From Eledone cirrhosa (lineage: Eukaryota): a stretch of DNA of 64,000 nt. Below, piece after piece: positions 1 through 14,286 of this stretch; positions within the stretch are counted from its first letter, which is position 1, and every line of letters begins with the position of its first letter. Under the pieces are notes generated by a model. It was not told the DNA's origin and did no database searches. It saw only the letters and a program-made list of their open reading frames with translations. The stretch lies in assembly GCA_964016885.1 (NCBI GenBank), contig OZ024741.1:185442001-185506000 (forward strand). Reading direction: 5' to 3'. Made by a program: the position numbers and the translations under genes.

Positions 1-55
1 TATTATTGATATTCGAAAAATTCAGATTACATTTATATATATATATATATATATA

Positions 56-213
56 TAACGGAGGAATTGTGGTAAGGAACCAGATGGATCATAACGCACC
101 AGAGTACTCAATACTAGTAAAGAGGGTAATAGGAAAAGGTATGGCTCTGACGGCAGAGCTCCAGAAATAGCCGTCGAAACGGCTCTAGCTCTGCCGTCGG
201 GGTCATACCTTTT

Positions 214-218
<5 letters not shown>
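56..218. mobile_element. Family A fold-back element (PLE terminal-repeat derived) in (TA)n
   Basis: Long arm on minus plus short arm on plus containing ccagaaatagccgtcgaaacggctctagctctgccgtcggggtc; flanked by (TA)n on both sides; same sequence recurs at about 12 loci. Confidence 0.8.
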
Positions 219-304
<86 letters not shown>

Positions 305-570
305 GCGCCATGTAGCATCATCAGCTTTTCCAAAAGAGTATATCTTACACAAAAGGACAGCATCAACAGTTTTCTTAGAGATGTAAACTGTCATTCTAGT
401 GAAGGATTAGCGTCTGAAACGTTAATTCTCTTTTCCCACTATATCATGCGAAAAACTAAGAATATATTTCTTTATTGTGCTGTACCGTTTTGTTATTTCT
501 GATTGTCATTTCTATCTGTCTTTTGCATACACACACACACATATATACGCCCCACCCCTATATATATGAT

Positions 571-765
571 ATAAAACGAAAAATCAGTGATGCATCTGAA
601 CTCAATTTATTGTGTGTTACAATTGTTTCGCCAGCGGACAGCTCGAGACGCGATCATTGCGTGGATCTGTCTGATTCTGGACCCGCAGTTTCGACGGACA
701 CGTCGAATGATTTCGGAGCATATGCTCAACCGGCATACCGCCTATGGAAGCATCTTAGCTACCAA
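571..765 (-). mobile_element. Family Y repeat fragment (PLE terminal-repeat like)
   Basis: Minus strand reads ctcgagctg...GAAACaattGTA...aataaa; shares the gctcaaccggcatacc module with 2401-2714 and 37245-37440. Confidence 0.55.
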
Positions 766-768
766 CCG

Positions 769-806
<38 letters not shown>

Positions 807-820
807 GTATTTAAACAACT

Positions 821-1275
821 AAAGGTGTAACACACGAGTTGTGATATATTAGTAAAAGGAAAAGAAAATGCTGACAAATTTTTCCCAGTGAAAAATAGTT
901 TAATTAGGAATAAACATAAATTAGTAATTGTTTCTACTTTAGGCACAAGGCCAGCAATTACCCAGTGCATTACTGGTACTTTATTTTATCGACCCCGTAA
1001 GGATGAAAGGCAAAGTCAACCTCGGCGGGATTTGAACTCAGATCGTAAAGGGACGTAACTATGCTGGAAAGCATGGCGTCCGACCCTCTACCGATACTGC
1101 CAATCCACCGAAATTAGTAATAAGTATTGGTTAGTATTCAGTTTTAGTTTTAATTTTTTACCGGTTGTGCATTTCTATTGCTTTTCAAAAATAATTTTGA
1201 GATAGAGCGCTCGTGATGTTTGCTCTAATCTAATCAGATTAGAGAAAACATCACGAGCGCTCTATCTCAAAATTA
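821..1275. mobile_element. Family C fold-back element interrupted by a SINE
   Basis: Matches uninterrupted copy 36745-36964 and partial copy 34013-34160; terminal inverted repeat at about 1192-1275. Confidence 0.75.
929..1110 (-). mobile_element. tRNA-derived SINE (main family), near full length
   Basis: A-box TGGCAGTATCGG, B-box GAGTTCAAATC, central gcctttcatccttacggggtcgataaaataaagtaccagt; 11-bp TSD aaattagtaat at 918-928 and 1111-1121. Confidence 0.92.
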
Positions 1276-1339
1276 TATATATATTACATATATATATATA
1301 TTGAGAGAGAGGAATCTCAGTCTCCTTTGGTAACGAATC

Positions 1340-1602
1340 ACAGATGATTAGCACTAGAAAGTTCCCCTCCGTGTTACAAGCAGTTTCGCTTCTCTACACG
1401 AACGATGTTGTTCAAGGGAAAGGCAATGGCCGATGACAGCTTGTGGCCAGAGGCGTTGCAACCCATTTCTGCAGCCAAATGATGTGGAATAATGTGAAAT
1501 AAAGTGATTTGCTTATGAACACAACGTACAGCTCGGTCCGGGACTCGAAATCACCAACTTAGTTGCAAGCTCAACGATCTGACAACTAATCCACGCGCCT
1601 TC
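1340..1602 (-). mobile_element. Second tRNA-derived SINE type, diverged
   Basis: Minus strand gaaggcgcgtggattagttg...gatttcgagtcccgg tRNA-like head followed by gttgtgttcataagcaaatcactttatttcac, similar to the head of 53935-54200. Confidence 0.6.
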
Positions 1603-1603
1603 T

Positions 1604-1782
<179 letters not shown>

Positions 1783-1810
1783 ATATATGTATATATGTAT
1801 ATATATATAT

Positions 1811-1999
1811 GAGTAAGTAAGACCCCGACGGCTGAGCTCAACCCGTTTCGACGGCTAATTCTGTACAGAATTAGCCGTCGAAACGGCTTGAGCTCAGCCG
1901 TCGGGGTCTTACTTACTCCTATTTCCCACTCTACTACCCTAAGTATTGAGTACTTTGGTGCGTTATGGTCCACCTGGTTTCTTACCACTTTTCCCTCGC

Positions 2000-2000
<1 letters not shown>
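1811..2000. mobile_element. Family A fold-back element
   Basis: Near-perfect palindrome 1811-1918 centred on aattctgtacagaatt, then about 80 bp one-sided tail; (TA)n on both sides. Confidence 0.85.
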
Positions 2001-2030
<30 letters not shown>

Positions 2031-2220
2031 TTTTTTTTTTGTTGAAAAAATGGAAAAAAATGACTTCACTCATGTTAAAAAATGTTTGATTATATTATAA
2101 AATTAAATCAAAATTTTTTAACACCACAATCGAAGTCATTCTTTTACTTGTTTTTCAATTATACCTAACTGTACCAAGGATCTCACACATTTTCCAATAT
2201 ATATATATATATATATATAT

Positions 2221-2282
2221 AATGAAAAATTGAACAGGGACAGAACAGAGAGGCAGTACAATAAATGTTTATTAAATTCACG
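2221..2282. repeat. Short interspersed repeat between TA tracts
   Basis: Reverse-complement match to 24597-24662. Confidence 0.65.
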
Positions 2283-2400
2283 TATATATATATACACATA
2301 TATAACGAAGGAGATGTGGTAAGGAGCCAGATGGTCCATAACGCACCAGAGTACTCAATATTTAGGGTAATAGAGTGGGTAATATATATATATATATACT

Positions 2401-2714
2401 TGGTGTTGGACGCTTAAAGCGTCCGTATGCAGTAGGCCGCTTGAGCACTCGATGCTCTCATAGAGCAGAGTATGATATCACAGAAAATTAGGGAATCAGT
2501 GTTTCGACGAATGGAATTTATTGGACATATTACAATCGTTTCTCTGGCGACCATCTGCTTCGTAGAATCAAGACGTATCTGAGGACCTTGCGATTTTCAG
2601 AGTCAGGTTCTATCATCACATCGATCGTGCCTCGAGCTGGCTGCCAGAGAAGCGATTGTATTTGTCCATTAAATTCCATTCGTCGCAACACCGATTCTCT
2701 TTTTTTCTGTGATA
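2401..2714. mobile_element. Family Y fold-back element with degenerate hammerhead (2572-2666, +)
   Basis: Inverted arms about 2476-2548 and 2643-2714; gacgtat-CTGAGGA...GAAGC-gatt-GTA on plus; opposite arm keeps GAAAC-gatt-GTA-atatgtc, complementary to gacgtat. Confidence 0.65.
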
Positions 2715-2756
2715 TATATATATATATATATTGTTATACTTTGGGAGGGTCATGTT

Positions 2757-3620
2757 GCTAAACAAATTCAGAAACGAAATATATATATATAGATATATAT
2801 ATAAATGGAATAGAATGAAACGAAATTTCTTTTCTCACTCTTAGTACGGCACTTACTTAAATATAAGTATGTATGTATAGGTACATACATATATGTATAC
2901 AGACGTACAGTAGTATGTATATATATATACACACACGCACACATATATATATGCACGTACCGGTTTACCTAACATTTATTATAATGCTCGGTTTGTTTGT
3001 TTGTAAACAAACAAAGAGCCCGAATTACGCCGTACAGTGTTTAGGGAACCACGTCACCTTTTTGTTCAACACTGACACAGGAACGATGTACTAGTTTCAA
3101 GCTTATTAGCTATCGTCAGCATCATATACCTTCCTTCCAGATGGTTGAACGTCTGAAAGTATATACTTTCCTTGTGCATATAAACGGATGAGCAGCCTAA
3201 TTTGCATATCGAGTGAGTTCAATCAGCCGGGCACACCGAAAACGATAACTGGAATAGAATGAAACGAAATTTCATTTCTCACTCTTATACGGCACTTAAT
3301 TAAATGTAAGTATGTATGTATGTATACCGCCTAAACACTGTACAGCGTAATTCGGGGTGTTTGTTGTTCTACAAACAAACAAACCGAGCATTATAATAAA
3401 TATTCGGTAAACCGATACGTGCATATATATATGTGTGCATGTGTGTATATATATACATACTACTGTACGCCTGTATACATATATGTATGTACGTATACAT
3501 ACATACTTATATATATATATATAGATATATATAGAAATATAGATATATGTATAAGTATAACAATATCGGTTTGAACACACGATTTCAGATAAAGAATCTT
3601 GCTAAACAAATTCAGAAACG

Positions 3621-3626
<6 letters not shown>
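2757..3626. mobile_element. Composite PLE-like terminal repeat: partial tandem plus inverted copy
   Basis: Direct repeat 2807-2880/3251-3325; inverted repeat about 2860-3045/3330-3510; gctaaacaaattcagaaacgaaat at 2757 and 3601; hammerhead at 3085-3123. Confidence 0.7.
3085..3123 (-). ncRNA. Minimal type-I hammerhead ribozyme motif (canonical core)
   Basis: gatg-CTGACGA-t-agc-taataa-gct-t-GAAAC-ta-GTA-catc; stem I gatg/catc; palindromic stem III ACTAGT. Confidence 0.85.
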
Positions 3627-3707
<81 letters not shown>

Positions 3708-3771
3708 TCTATATATGTATATATATATATATATATACATATATAGATATATATAGAAAGATAGATATATG

Positions 3772-4144
<373 letters not shown>

Positions 4145-4246
4145 TAGATAGATATAGATATATAGATATATAGATATATATATATATATAGATATAGATA
4201 TATATATATATATATAGATATAGATATATACATATGTATATTTATA

Positions 4247-4302
<56 letters not shown>

Positions 4303-4303
4303 A

Positions 4304-4353
<50 letters not shown>

Positions 4354-4354
4354 G

Positions 4355-4387
<33 letters not shown>

Positions 4388-4892
4388 TGAGCATGTATGT
4401 ACACGATGTAATATTGAGGGTATCTTATATGAAATCAGGTGTATTTCGGGCTCTGGTTGGTACTCAAACATTATGCATGCACATTTGTATGCATGTATAT
4501 ATGTTTGCAAAATATGCATACATACGATTATTAATGTGTATAGAGAAACGCTTGCAGACACGTTTGCAAACATGTATATGTATAATTATGCCTACGCACA
4601 CACGTATACCTATACATATGCAAACGCACAACCATACAGGAACACACGCACAACTATATATTTATATATATATATATACACTACAGGAGACTAGAGCTTC
4701 CCTAATGCCAACTATGATGTCACCTAATGTTTGCCTTTTATGGTATTAAGGCGTGGCTTCTGACTAAAGTTTTACATGGTAACTAAATCGAAAGACAGCC
4801 GTCTTGTTTTATTTAAGTGTACATATACATACACACATATACAACACATAACCATACATACACACACACACATACACGCACACACACACACA

Positions 4893-4927
<35 letters not shown>

Positions 4928-5116
4928 GCGCACATATATATATATATATATATATATGAAAAACCATGCGTGTGCGGTCGTGTGTGTTTACGTGTGCATA
5001 TATGCCTGGTAGTGAATTCATAAATTTGTGTTCACAAACACTTATTGTTTTACAAACACATAGGACAATCACTGTACACACACACACACAAACACATATG
5101 TGTCTAATATATATAT

Positions 5117-5168
<52 letters not shown>

Positions 5169-5295
5169 TAAAATAACATTAAAGTTTAAGCAAAAAATCG
5201 GTGCCTTCACCCTTAACGGGATCCACTGAAACTACGGTTCTTATATATTTGATATATATTTATCCTTATCGAGCCCTCTTTGGATTTATTATTAT

Positions 5296-5349
<54 letters not shown>

Positions 5350-6044
5350 CGTGATCACATACGTATGCGTGCAAAACATACTTCACATTCTCGAGGTAGG
5401 CAGCTCTATCCTACTGCATGGTAAACTCACAGTGTATTTTTGAAGTTGCCTTTTAAAATAACCCAGGATCGACTGAAACTTTGATAGTGACATGGAATAA
5501 GCATAATTTACAGAAAATCTCTCGGATATATATCATGAACATGTCATTCTAAATAGCTAAAATAACTCTTCGACTAGAGAAAACCTATGTAGGACTGTCG
5601 CTAATTCGGGGGAATGTCTTGTGGGTCGCGCTAGGTCTGCTTGGCTGATTCTTGTTAGGATACATCGTCGGCTTTCGTGTCAGAACGATAAGGGTTGGTA
5701 CGAGTACAAAGCTTCCTAATGATTGACGACTCTCCCAATTGGCATTTATTTTTTACACACAAGCGACATCGTTAAAAATCAGTTGTATCTTTTACTTTAG
5801 CAAGGGCAGAAGCGACGCGATCCAATGTGGTCGAGAATCAAGAAGATATAATTTAACCTAATTACAAATGTTTTGATAATCCAAAACAGAGAAAGCAGGC
5901 TTTGCTAACATCAATTCTTAACATCAATTTTTTGTACATCTTATAAAGAACTTTTCTATTTGTACCAGGTGCACTCTTCAAATCTTTTTTTAATCATTTT
6001 CTTTGTGTGTGCGTATATATATATCTATATATATATACACACAG

Positions 6045-6525
6045 AGGTATCCACTGTAAATTGTGGGGTCTATTCTGTATGAAGAACTCAATGTAATCCA
6101 TATGTTGAAAATGTTGTAGGTTAAGATAAATCTCAGAAAACAATAAAACATTAAAAGGAAAACAGAGTCATGATATAAGTTAAAACAATGAAATATAAAA
6201 TTAGATATATACTTCACTGCTTTACGATAGTTTCTAGATGGTGATAATACATTGTATCTATACTCAGCTATTGATCTGTGTAAGTTAACAAACTATCAGA
6301 TAGAGAGAATATTTACTTATATGCATATCACCAGCTGTTTTCAAAAGATTGCTTTTGAAAACAGCTGGTGATATGCAATTAAGTATATATTCTCTCTATC
6401 TGATAGTTTGTAAACTTACATAGATCAATAGCTGAGTATCGATACAATGTATTATCACCATCTAGAAACGATCGTAAAGCAGTGAAGTATATATCTAATA
6501 ACTTGATTTTTTTTCATTGTTATAA

Positions 6526-6532
<7 letters not shown>
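6045..6532. mobile_element. Fold-back element with hammerhead arms
   Basis: Inverted arms about 6172-6347 and 6352-6532; left arm has an extra tail of about 125 bp; TA-rich flanks. Confidence 0.8.
6350..6481 (+). ncRNA. Hammerhead motif, U3-A8 core variant, long stem II
   Basis: tgctt-TTGAAAA-...ggtgata...tatcacc...-GAAAC-gatc-GTA-aagca. Confidence 0.65.
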
Positions 6533-6618
<86 letters not shown>

Positions 6619-7196
6619 GGTGTGTCTCTGTGTGTTTGTGTGTGTCTGTATATATATATATACACACACACTATACATATTTATGTGCGTGTGTATATAT
6701 ATATATATAAACACACACATAAATAAGTATAGAAGTATCTGTTTGAGTGTATGTGATAATTTTGACTAATTCTCTCCGGCAGGCTTTGTCACAGGATGTT
6801 GAGACGTCGTTGTTCCCTGTGTATCAATGATAATTCTTTTACGCAATTCTAAATATTGAGAGAATAAAAACATGTAAATAAAACCGATATTAGTTTGTTA
6901 CATCTAATCTTATTTGTAAATGTGAGATGTTTTTCTTAAAGTAATGGAATCGTGATTTACATGAAATTCTACAAGCCTAATGTGAAGTCAGAGACAATTT
7001 GAAATATATTTATTTGATAAAACATTTTTCTTTGACAGACTTAATTGAAATAGCAGTCAATTTTTACAATATTTGTATGTTTTGCAGAAAGATAATTACA
7101 AAAATGTCAAGCAATTTACTAAAGCAAGATATTAATATTTATATTTAATATATAGAAGAAAGTTTAGTAAGAATGTGGTTTATTAAGAATAATAAT

Positions 7197-7336
7197 TGTT
7201 TCTACTTTAGGCACAAGGCCAGCAATTACCCAGTGCATTACTGGTACTTTATTTTATCGACCCCGTAAGGATGAAAGGTAAAGTCAACCTCGGCGGGATT
7301 TGAACTCAGATCGTAAAGGGACGTAACTATGCTGGA
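7197..7336 (-). mobile_element. Main SINE, 5'-truncated
   Basis: Nearly identical to 929-1110; flanking aagaataataat repeat. Confidence 0.9.
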
Positions 7337-9701
7337 AAGAATAATAATAATTATATAAAATACGTAGTAAATCAGTGTCTTTGGCATTAGTTAAAGTGTC
7401 GTATAATATATCTTGAACTGTTTGTTCTGGCTCTCAGAACTCCAATTTTTTAACCAGCCAAGTTTCACTTTGCTTTTCATCCATTCGGAATAGATAGATA
7501 ATTAACCGCGGTGAATTGGGAACGATTCTCCACCGTCTTTTTTACTGAATTTCTAACTGTGGAAGAAGTACGCAGTGATCAAGAGTAGGTAGGGGTGGTT
7601 CCAGTGGATTGTAAATGCCCAAACCACTTTGCAAATCACGATGGTCTACGTACGATTCTACTAAGTGGTGAAGTGAGGCGTGAAGTGTTAGAAATAAAGA
7701 AATAAAGCAAGAAATATACATATTGTGATATTAATATTTCTATTTAGTTATTTGAATCTCTATGACTAAATGTCGTGATGGTCAAAGCTGAAATAGCTGA
7801 GATTATGATGAACCTTCTCAATAAACTTCGTCGCTAATAACAACAGCAAACACAATAGCTTGAAAATCACTAATTACACACCCACCACTTCCACAACATG
7901 CAGGAATAACCTCAACACATCAACACCACCAAAAGCTACTCAACATCACCGACAATAAAATGTTAGAATCTCATCTCACAATATCACTACCTATAACAAC
8001 AATAGCTATGCCGCAACAATAGCTATGCCGCAACCACCACCAACACCGCCACAAACAACAGCATCAATATTTTTGCTTATAGGTTGTTATAGATGTGATG
8101 TTCAGAGTCGAATGAACATATTATAATTAGGAATCACATCCCGCTCAACTTTCCCCTCACAGTTAAATGATGTCGTTTCGCAATCGTCTCAAACGCAAGC
8201 AATCCTAAATCCTTAACGTATGAAAAAAAAATGATTTTAAAATATTTTTTCTTCCCTTCAGGATCAGAAACAATTTATCCACCTAATAATTACTGACACT
8301 CTCAAACTCAGGTAAATTATTTCGTAAAGTACTGCTCTTATATCTAGGATGTTAGTGTTGTGTAACACATATATCCAAAACAACTTCCAAAAGGGGGCCA
8401 CTTGACTATTGGCATTATGGCATTCGCAGACATATTAAAGCTTCCGCCAATCAGATATGCTCTCTCTCTCCCTCTCTCTGTGCATTTATATCTTCATCCT
8501 TGATCTGAAACGCGGACCTTGCCGATATCATACTATTTTAACGGAATTCATGACTTGTACCCCTTTAATAAACCTCAGAATGATGGAAAAGAAAAAGAAC
8601 GTCGAAGGAGTTAACATTTTGTTAAAATACTGAACGTAATGTGTTTAACTCTATATCGAGTTTGCATTAGCAGCAGTAATATTAAAAATAACAACAACAA
8701 GAAAAACACCACAAGAAAAAATAGCATTCACACTATCAACAGCAGCAACAACAGTCAAACAGCGCTGACATCAAACAGCGTTGGCTTTCAAACAATGAAA
8801 GACGCCCCAGGTAATTTCGTTTAAAATATATTGCAGCTTGAAAAAAAGAATTGAGTTAGTTTTGATCACGGCCTCTGCATGATTTAGGCTGCCCAATGTC
8901 TGCATAAGAATAAAAACAATTGTATCCCCTCTGAAATACACTCTACTGTATTTAAGCAGTGCGTTAGGCATTGTAATTCTAGATACACTATGTCTGTAAA
9001 TTAAACAAAAAAACATAATTGTTATATGACTACTGAAACGCAATTAATATGTCCACTTGATGAGAACCGCGCAGGGTTTAGACAACGATAACAATAGGAA
9101 GGAAGATTACATTGGTAATTAGTCCTAGATGCAGGTCACATTGGTGGTTACAAGGGTTCTTGTGGCATTAAAGGACTAAGAGTACAAGTCGGTTGCAATA
9201 CTAATCCCCAGTTGCTCCTGAAACTCATGTTTGGCTATCTAGCTTTGAGCAACATGGAATACTTTATTTAAAAACAAAAGGCATCACTCATTGCAGTAGA
9301 GAAAACCCATGATATTAGGATCGTAAGACCACCAACCTAACCACTCAGCAACGCACCTTCCCAATGGAGCATATTACATCTAAAATTAAAAAAAAGTGGG
9401 TAGGGAAGAACTAGAACGGAATGCATTTGATCATAGATCTACGGAAGATGAGCTGCCCCGAATCTGGGCAAAATTAATGTGAAGAAAGGAGGCATTAAAT
9501 ATGATATACCTGAAAGAGAAATGTCCGGCACATCCTGATTTGAACACTTATAGGTAAGCTTGGTGGGTGTTGACGTGGGGGTTAAACTACAAAAGAAGAG
9601 AACTAGCATAATCATTTGAGTGCAGGATAAGATATCTGCTTTGGCTCTCATTGCGATTTGAGTTCAAACTAGCGGAATTCAATGTTTCATTATTTGATAG
9701 T

Positions 9702-9887
9702 GGGTGGTGGGTTGGCAGTATCGGTAGAGGGTTGGACGCCATGCTTTCCAGCATAGTTACGTCCCTCTACGGACTGATTTCAAATCCCGCCGAGGCCAAC
9801 TTTGCCTTTCATCCTTACGGGTTCGATAAAATAAAGTACCAGTAAAACACTGGGTAATTTGCTGGCCTTATGCCAAAAGTAGAAACA
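9702..9887 (+). mobile_element. Main SINE, full length
   Basis: Family match; TSD attatttgatagt(ggg) at 9689 and 9888. Confidence 0.9.
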
Positions 9888-10836
9888 ATTATTTGATAGT
9901 GGGGACACCACATTTCAAAGCTATTAGCGTTCTGAATTTATATCCTATTGCGGCCGGATTTAACAACACGACTTGACTCTTAGGTATCCTTTCTAGAGTC
10001 TAATCTGTTGCAAACACCAGGGTATGCGTATACATTCCTCCCTTCAACCGAAAAGGGTTATAAGCGCTGCACTTTCCTCCTTATCTAAACACAATAAATA
10101 TCAGACAAACGGCTTGCAACCGTAAAAGCACTTTACGGGTATACAATTTCTTTTTTGTTTGTTTGATTTTTTTTTTGATTTTTAGAAAAAAATATTTTGA
10201 CATATGGAATATCCAAAACGACCGTCTTTGAAAAACAATTTAGCAAAAACGAATGCTATTTATACTCTCTGAAAATATTGGTTAAAAATGTTGATAAAAA
10301 TTAATTGGAATATGATTGCACTTGGAATAAGCAATTGAAAAGGACAACGAGACATTTGCCTGGAAAGAAAAAGACAAAACAAAATGGTGGGTTCTGCCAT
10401 TTTAGCTGGGTTGATAAGCTACATTGAAATATAACGTTCAAGAGTGTTGACACATGGAGTCAAATATTGCAGTTTAATTTAAAGGTTGGGCCATTTAAAC
10501 ATACTGGCCTAATGTCATGAGGTCGTTAGTTTGATGGATTAGGTATATATAATTCACAGAATACATCAAAGTGTGGTTATAGCGATTATGGTGATGGTTG
10601 TCACTACCGTTGCTGTCGTGGTCGTGGTAGTGTTCTTTGTGGTAGAAGTGGATGTAGTGATGGTGGTTGTGTTGAAATATTTGTGGCGGTTGAAGTCATC
10701 ATGTCCCTGATGGTGTTGGTAGCGAGTGGGGTGGCATTGGCAGAGGCGATCGTTGTAGTGAAAATGTGGCAACCGTAGTCGTAGTGGTGAAGGTGGCGGT
10801 AAATGTGAGTCCTATTATACAGGGTCGTTATGGAAT

Positions 10837-10899
<63 letters not shown>

Positions 10900-11147
10900 C
10901 AACAGCAGTAGCAACAGTATTAGTAGTAGTGGTAGTAGTAGTAGTAGTAGTAGTTGTTGTTGTTTTTGTTGTTGTTGCTGTTGTTGTTGTGGTAATAGTA
11001 GCTGTTAAACACAATTTAAGCTGTGATATAGCAGAAAGCAGCTTTATGATGCAAAGTATTTTAGCTGTGAACATTCGACATTTTTTTTCCGAACACAGAA
11101 TATAATGTAACGTGGTCTTTGCGGGTAGGACGTATGGTGCTAACGAA

Positions 11148-11197
<50 letters not shown>

Positions 11198-11329
11198 GTT
11201 CGTAGAAATCCGTAGATGAAAGCTGAAGGAAAACAGTGGTAAATGTTTTAGAAGAAAGCTTATTTAGTATAAACAAAGTTTTATACATTTAACATATATG
11301 TGCTACCATAAGTTTCGAGGTCTCATCAT

Positions 11330-12470
11330 GGCCACCACTGTATATTATAAACTGGCTTCATTCGGGGACGTCGATAAAAATATGAAAAGGGCAGTTGTTA
11401 GCCCTTGACTAATTCTTACGCTGTTGACGTATATCTATTGTAACCTTGGCCTTAAAATCGAAGTAGACACCAACATCACTAGGGGAAGGTTTCTCGACGT
11501 CAAACTAGACCGACAAACAGGCACATGGCACATATAAAACAATATTAGAAACCGAACGAGTGGCTGAAATATATCAACAGAGGATCATACCACCCATCTA
11601 TGGGTTTTTTTAAATCTAGTATCCAACGTTAGCCGTAGAATCTCGAATTTATCATGCAGCAGAGAGCTATTTGAAAAGGGAGCGCCGTACTATAACAAGC
11701 TATCCGAGATAGATTTAAAGAACAGATGAAATACTTACCTAATAGTCACTCACCTAGAAATGACAATATAAAAATAAAAATGATTTAGTTCGTGCCTCCT
11801 TTCTCACTAAATGTAAACAAAATATTAGACATTATAGATAAGCACTTTACCCATGAATATAGATACAGTAAGATCCTCAATCAACGTTCAGTGAGAATTT
11901 TCTATATTTGCGCCCCATTGCTGAAATCGAAAATAACAGCTAAAAACAAACTACATGAACATCTAGGATACTCTTCCAGGAAGAAAGACGACTGTACATT
12001 ACAGCAAAATTGTAATGTTAAATCCATAATATACGAAGCAGAAAGCAAATACACAAACGTCAACAAACCAGAGACCCACGAAAAATATGTAACATGGTCC
12101 AGGAGAGTTTTAAACAAAGATTCTACTTGCAACATATAGAAAGCGAAGCAGGGTTTTACATGGTCTATACTCACCGGATATATACCGAAACCCAAAGACA
12201 GAAATCTTCAGATCATGCGTGCATCAAAAGGCCCAATTTTTATCCAACTGGAAGCCCACACCACAAGAAACCATTTCACCGGATCTCTCTAACCCTCCAT
12301 GGCACTACCACATCTAGTATCCCTTAACGAGAGAGTCACACGCATACACATATTAAAGACTTGTTGAAAGAGACATTAAGATTACAACAAAACACTGGAA
12401 CTAATGATCACCCAAACATGCGAGCTTTTACATTTCAGAACTTAAATGTGGAGTAACTCCAATCCAGACA
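11330..12470 (+). mobile_element. Decayed Penelope-like element: RT C-terminus, linker and GIY-YIG region
   Basis: Frameshifted translation LGLKIEVDTNITRGRFLDVKLD, YINRGSYHP, RRISNLSCS, PPFSLNV..DKHF, CNVKSIIYEA, FKQRFY; motif order typical of PLE ORFs. Confidence 0.8.
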
Positions 12471-12667
12471 CAAATTTTGAGTAAATATGCATATTTACGC
12501 ATATATGCATATATATATGTGTATATATGTAGTTGTGCGTGTGTTTGCATGTGTGCGTGTATGTGTATGTGTGTGTCCTTATATATATATAACAACCTAA
12601 TTACTTTAGCTATATTCAATATACCTGATAAATTAAAAAGTTTCCTCTCCCACCAGCAATTAGGATA

Positions 12668-13420
12668 CATTGCGCAGGCGTCCTTGAGAGGTGTAGTGTC
12701 TCAGGCTTCATAGCACTGATTTTTAAACTACCTGAGTAACACTATGTAGCACACCTATCAAGTGCATTTCAGAGACCACCTTCTGATGAGATAAAATATA
12801 CCATGTTCCAGCCGACTGATCCTACAGCCACCAGTTATGATACCACTTCCAGCATTGCTGCGCATGTCAATTCTCTTCATGAAGATAATGAACAGGAGGT
12901 GTGACAATATGCATCCTTGTCGGGTTCCGAGTTTCAGGGTAACAAGTAGCTGTCCACCGAACCTATATTCCTCTTATTCCTGCTGAACATACCACAACAG
13001 GTCACGCAGGATGAGGTCGTATGCATTTGTGTGAAGTTTCATTGAAGCAGGTGGCGAAAGCTGAGGTAAAGCGTCAACTTCTGCATTCGGTCATCAGAAG
13101 AAGGATAGAAGATATAAGCCAAACTCGCTATCTTCAAATCGGTATTCTTGCCCACTGTAATCTATGGTCCGATACTACGTACATAGGGTCAGATTGTCTT
13201 AGGAAAGAATCGTTGAACAGAATCGTTGAACAGATTTTAAGGGCAAAAGTTAACCGAGAGAATACCCAAGAGTTGACCCGAGCAAGATGGTTGGATAACA
13301 TACATGAATGTGTTCGGTCATGCTTGGGGCTCCAGCCAGATCATTTGGATACAGTTGCTTCTGCTGGAAGGCGTACATGAGAAATCTGCTCTCACGACAC
13401 TCCCAGAAATAATAATCATG
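12668..13420. mobile_element. RTE-clade LINE remnant with inverted 5' segment
   Basis: Minus 12668-13030: AYDLILRDLLW, RQGCILSHLLFIIFM; plus 13030-13420: VSLKQV, KLAIFKSVFLPTVIYG, RARWLDNI, then (GAA)n tail. Confidence 0.8.
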
Positions 13421-13421
13421 A

Positions 13422-13620
13422 GAAGAAGACGATGACGACGACGACGACGAGGAAGAAGAAGAAGAAGAAGAAGAAGAAGAAGAAGAAGAAGAAGAAGAAG
13501 AAGAAGAAGAAGAACAACAACAACAACAACAACAACAACACCAACAACACCAACAACACCAAGAAGAAGAAGAAGAAGAAGAAGAAGAAGAAGAAGAAGA
13601 AGAAGAAGAAGAAGAAGAAG

Positions 13621-13687
<67 letters not shown>

Positions 13688-13732
13688 CCAACAACACCAA
13701 GAAGAAGAAGAAGAAGAAGAAGAAGAAGAAGA
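13422..13732. repeat. Compound (GAA)n/(CAA)n microsatellite at the RTE 3' end
   Basis: Alternating blocks; caccaacaacacc junction repeated. Confidence 0.95.
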
Positions 13733-14286
13733 ATGTATATATTTTTCTTTACTCGAAATCCTCCTTATCAATGCCCACAGCATTATGTTGAAAGAGGCAA
13801 TGGTATTTACTGCCATACAATCTTTATACATACATACATTATTCGGCAGCAAATAAAAGTGGGTAACAAGATAATTGATAAATTATAACGAAACACAAAG
13901 TGGTTCATAAGAAAGTTCTGTTGTGTATGTTCCAAAAGACGACGTGAAATTTTGCTCATAAATATAAAACTTGCTTGAGGAAATTTGAAGTTCCATGCAT
14001 GAGTTATGTATTTATGTGACAAGGCTATTATTACATCAGTGGAAAGTGTTGTTGCCAATGACGGTATTGTGTATCTGACAATTGCACCTGATGATTATGA
14101 CATTTAGGAAGTTGGTTAGTTAATTTGGTGACGTTATTGTGAGATAAAATAGGAAATAGAAAGAGAGAGTGAGGGGGGTAATATGGGTGTGAAAAGAGTG
14201 GGAAGAGTGAGGGTGAAACAGACCATTAGAAAGACAGAGTGAGAGAAAAGGGAGAGGAAAATAGAGAGAGGGATATATGTATTAAC

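Noticed and set aside
5187-5243. taag-CAAAAAA-...-GAAAC-tacg-GTT-ctta hammerhead-shaped relic
   Set aside because: Stems fit but core lacks G5 and G8; at best a dead relic
5425-5990. Possible PLE remnant (FLKLPFK, TYVG)
   Set aside because: Motifs too short and too interrupted to call
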